Shown piece by piece: positions 57,380 to 60,505 of a stretch of DNA of 60,505 bases. Under the pieces are notes generated by a model. That model saw only the letters and a list, made by a program, of their open reading frames with translations. It was not told the DNA's origin and did not search any database. Origin of the DNA: a virus (lineage: Duplodnaviria; Caudoviricetes). Location of the stretch: IMG/VR virus record IMGVR_UViG_3300032213_000971, positions 1-60,505 of that record; one strand, 5' to 3'. Both the position numbers and the translations under genes were made by a program. Position 1 is the first letter of the stretch, and every line of letters begins with the position of its first letter.

Positions 57380-58615
57380 ATGAATCACGAAACTTGCAGA
57401 AAAGATATACCTTACCCGTCAGTAAGTAATGAATCTGTCCCAAGCCTCATCAATAACTTGGTGACAGCACTTTATGGATCAAATGTAACAAAAAGCGTTG
57501 TCAATCGTCAGGTTATTTGGAACATCCCTTGTGATCCAAACAACACTGCACAAATAAGCAGTCTTCCGAGAAATCAAGGAGAAGGTCTTTTGTGTTATTT
57601 GATAAGAGCTTTCAACACTACATTTGTTGGTCAAGTTACGCTTGATGGTGTTCAAACACTCACGAATAAAACCTTGACTGCTCCTGTAATCAATAGCCCT
57701 AGCGTTGCAAACCTTTCGGCAACTGGAACATTATCTTTGCCTTTAGCAAGTATTTTACCATCGTATCTTTCATTGGGCGCACCATCTTGGACGAGCCAAG
57801 GAGTTACTTCTATAATAGACCTGATTGTTTCTGGTAATTTAACGCTACCGAACAACAGTATAACTTCTGGCATGATTGCTGACGGGACAATAACAAACGC
57901 CGATATCAGCAGTTCTGCGGCTATTGCAAATAGCAAACTTGCAGGATTGCCAGACAGCACAAATCAAGCTAATAAAATTGTATTGCGTGATGGATCAGGA
58001 AACTTTGCTGCAAATATCGTAACTGCAAACCTGACTGGCATTGCATCAAATGCAACGAATGTACAAGGTGGTGCTTTGGGATCTATCCCATATCAATCTG
58101 CTCTAAATACCACAGCACTTCTAGCTACTGGATCTGCTGGGCAAGTGTTGATTTGCGGAGGAAATGCTGCCCCTTCATGGGGAACAGATCAGCTTGGGAC
58201 AACCAACACGGCAGCAATCACAGCAGGATACAAAGGAGAATATGTTGTTGGTCAAGTTACAAATGCTGTTTCTATAACGCAGAATTCAGCAAAAAACATT
58301 GCGTCAATATCGCTTACTGCTGGAGATTGGGATGTATCAGGGAGTGTAACGCTTGCCTACACAACCACAAACAGCGCAACCTTTACTTTACAGGGAGGAA
58401 TTAACACTACAGCCGATACTATCGGCGCACAGGACACATATTCACAATTCATGGTTCATGCTGGATCTTCGGCAGCACAAACCCAAGCATTTTCAACTCC
58501 CGTAGTTCGCATATCTATCTCTTCAGCAACAACAATTTACCTTGTTGGATTTGCCAATGGAGGATTGAGTTCAATTACCGGGAAAGGTGCGATTAGGGCT
58601 AGGAGAATGCGATAA
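57380..58615 (+). CDS. Tail fibre protein 2
   Basis: QTLTNKTLTAP, ITSGMIADG, VLRDGSGNF and SISLTAGDWDV motifs. Confidence 0.8.
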   Translation: MNHETCRKDIPYPSVSNESVPSLINNLVTALYGSNVTKSVVNRQVIWNIPCDPNNTAQISSLPRNQGEGLLCYLIRAFNTTFVGQVTLDGVQTLTNKTLTAPVINSPSVANLSATGTLSLPLASILPSYLSLGAPSWTSQGVTSIIDLIVSGNLTLPNNSITSGMIADGTITNADISSSAAIANSKLAGLPDSTNQANKIVLRDGSGNFAANIVTANLTGIASNATNVQGGALGSIPYQSALNTTALLATGSAGQVLICGGNAAPSWGTDQLGTTNTAAITAGYKGEYVVGQVTNAVSITQNSAKNIASISLTAGDWDVSGSVTLAYTTTNSATFTLQGGINTTADTIGAQDTYSQFMVHAGSSAAQTQAFSTPVVRISISSATTIYLVGFANGGLSSITGKGAIRARRMR

Positions 58616-58672
58616 TTGTATTGCAGGAGAAACAAAACGATGATTATCTCTATAGGAATTCCCAAAAATGAA

Positions 58673-59113
58673 ATGAGTATGCAAAAACAATCTTTACCTG
58701 AAGGTTTTTTAGACCTTGGTGAAAAAATTATTCCCCATCCGCTTATTGAAGCCGCAGAAAAAACTGCGGAAAAACAAGAAGCGCAAGATAACATTCACTA
58801 CCCTTCGCTGTATTTTTCCAATGCTCCTGAAGGCATGAGCAAATTAAATAAAGAAGGAACTGCCATTATCCATTATCGAAAGGTTATGGAGCGTGAAGAG
58901 AAAGTAGAAAGGGATGGCAAGACTATTACGAATTATTGCGTGGAGCTAGAAATTCATGGGATTAAACCATCAGGAGAAGACGCTACATACGAGACGAAAG
59001 AAATATATCCTGATGATGATGATGCAATCGAAAAGGGGCTAAAAGAAGCGTCAAAAGAAATTTCTACCGACACAGAATCGGAAGAAGAGTCGGAAGAAGA
59101 AACTGAAATCTAA
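58673..59113 (+). CDS. Acidic hypothetical protein (start uncertain: 58640/58673/58679)
   Basis: Open frame to 59113 with an E-rich tail. Confidence 0.7.
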   Translation: MSMQKQSLPEGFLDLGEKIIPHPLIEAAEKTAEKQEAQDNIHYPSLYFSNAPEGMSKLNKEGTAIIHYRKVMEREEKVERDGKTITNYCVELEIHGIKPSGEDATYETKEIYPDDDDAIEKGLKEASKEISTDTESEEESEEETEI

Positions 59114-59133
59114 CCAATAACCAAATTACTATT

Positions 59134-59436
59134 ATGCCTGCTGAAACACCAATGCCACCTACTGATATGCCAATGCCTGAAGCTCCCGCAATGCCACCCC
59201 CTCCTCAAGATGGTGGATCTGTTATGATTTCTATGCCACGCGAGGCTTTTAATGCGATGCGCGAAATCGTTTCACAGTTGGCAGCAGGGCTGGATCAACT
59301 TTCACAGTCAGTCGAACAGCAATCAGGATCACCACAAGCTGCCGAGGCACCCGTTCCTTCTCCTGCCCCCGGTGTCCCGGCAGAAGATGAAGAGTTCCTG
59401 AAAAGCATGGCAGAAGAGGCTAGTGCTGGAAGATAA
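59134..59436 (+). CDS. P/M-rich small protein
   Basis: A/C-rich leader; 100 aa. Confidence 0.7.
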   Translation: MPAETPMPPTDMPMPEAPAMPPPPQDGGSVMISMPREAFNAMREIVSQLAAGLDQLSQSVEQQSGSPQAAEAPVPSPAPGVPAEDEEFLKSMAEEASAGR

Positions 59437-59444
59437 TATAAAAC

Positions 59445-60505
59445 ATGTTCGTCTCGCAAATCATCGACGAGGCTTCCGAAATACTTGCTACTACTGACCG
59501 GGAAAAAGTATTTCGGAAGCTAACGCAGGCAGTCCAGATTCTGATGGAGTCTGGTCATTATCTGCACACTAATGCAGAAGTCGATGTTTGCACTGGTTGG
59601 GATGGGCAAACAATAACGCTACCCAGAGGTGTTGAAGTTCCTTTAGGTGTTAACGTAGATGGTTCTCCTACATATTTTAGGGGAAGACTTTTCCAGTACC
59701 ATGTCAACAAAGGAGGCATGTATAACCCGGTAGATTGGGCGTGGGATGACAGAGGATTCGTTAGCACAATCATGGACATTCGCCAGCCCAGCCAAGTTCT
59801 AGCAATCGCAGAACACAATGCTGACTCTGGAAAACAAATCCGCATTCTTGGAACTGACTCAAACAACCGAGAATTGAGGACTCAATTGCCAGACGGGCAA
59901 ACTATTGACGGAAAATTAGTTGATATTCACGCCCAAAGCGATTTTCCATATGGAACTATTATTCCAGACGGTATTCAGATAGACACTAGGCAAGTTGCGG
60001 TTTCTCCAATTTCGCAGTTTATTTCCGCTTCAGCGCATCAACTTTCTTCGGGGCAATCCGCTGTCTTTTCTGTTGTTTCTGGAGATTCGCCAGAAGTTAT
60101 CATTTCTGGAAAGACATATTACATTGGAGTAGATGCAGATAACGAAATTTCTTTATATAATAGTTCTTTGGATGCTCAATATAAGACCAATAAAATAAAT
60201 CTTCAAAGCATTGTAAACTCTGGAACAGTCAGACTAACAGACAGCAGGAAATCTAGTTTGCTGACTGCTGTTAATTTTGTTTCTACTCCTTCTGTAGCGA
60301 TTGATACGCCTAACTCTGTGTCGTTTTCTACAGGAACAGGATCAGGGTTCTCATCTGTGCTGCCAACACCATTGATTGCGGGAGCAACTTATTACGCAAA
60401 TCCTCAAGATGAAAATAATCTTTTGATTTATAGTTCTTTTGCTGATGCACAAAACAAAGCAAATCCAGTTTTGATGTCTGGATCTAGCGGAAAGTTTAAT
60501 ATCGA
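59445..60505 (+). CDS. N-terminal part of origin-spanning adaptor-like virion protein (absent from ORF track)
   Basis: MFVSQIIDEASEIL... is open to the window end and in frame with 41..2398. Confidence 0.85.
   Translation, partial: MFVSQIIDEASEILATTDREKVFRKLTQAVQILMESGHYLHTNAEVDVCTGWDGQTITLPRGVEVPLGVNVDGSPTYFRGRLFQYHVNKGGMYNPVDWAWDDRGFVSTIMDIRQPSQVLAIAEHNADSGKQIRILGTDSNNRELRTQLPDGQTIDGKLVDIHAQSDFPYGTIIPDGIQIDTRQVAVSPISQFISASAHQLSSGQSAVFSVVSGDSPEVIISGKTYYIGVDADNEISLYNSSLDAQYKTNKINLQSIVNSGTVRLTDSRKSSLLTAVNFVSTPSVAIDTPNSVSFSTGTGSGFSSVLPTPLIAGATYYANPQDENNLLIYSSFADAQNKANPVLMSGSSGKFNI
60383..60505. repeat. Terminal overlap, right copy
   Basis: Identical to 1-123. Confidence 0.97.

Larger units (their letters stand above)
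1..60505. mobile_element. Complete circular(ly permuted) tailed phage genome, podovirus-like, ~60.4 kb
   Basis: Terminase, portal, capsid, lysis and replication modules are all present. The ends overlap by an exact 123 bp with an ORF in frame across the join. No host housekeeping genes seen. Confidence 0.95.

Noticed and set aside
51199-58615. Diversity-generating retroelement or invertible fibre switch
   Set aside because: No reverse transcriptase, invertase or near-identical TR/VR pair seen.
60383-60505. 123-bp end repeat as a biological terminal repeat
   Set aside because: It falls mid-gene and is best explained as assembler overlap of a circular contig.

Overview
The window is almost certainly a complete, circularly assembled genome of a tailed dsDNA phage, about 60,382 bp. 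Bases 1-123 are repeated exactly at 60383-60505 and one gene reads in frame across the join. Nearly all genes are on the + strand. The morphogenesis set looks podovirus-like: TerS, TerL, portal, scaffold, major capsid, adaptor, nozzle, fibres, ejection proteins and a ~2550-aa polyvalent protein, with no tape measure or tail tube recognised. The early/replication region encodes ERF, a DUF2800/Cas4-like nuclease, SSB-like protein, RusA, a YdaU-type initiator and a DnaC/IstB-like loader. I recognised no DNA polymerase or integrase. There is a Gram-negative-type lysis cassette and three tRNAs (Thr, Gln, Trp). Best leads: (1) a near-absolute motif bias, where CCGG occurs almost only as CCSGG and CCWGG appears absent; (2) a modular polyvalent protein with PREV junction motifs and a probable overprinted small gene between two effector domains; (3) an ATP-grasp ligase plus zincin-like pair next to that protein; (4) a glycosyltransferase/FkbM cassette inside the head module; (5) a 1.1-kb mostly non-coding island with a palindrome array and a CCA-ending structured RNA; (6) an RNA polymerase alpha-CTD mimic; (7) early promoters sharing a conserved downstream element and a candidate operator. 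All family assignments come from motif recognition by eye, not database searches.
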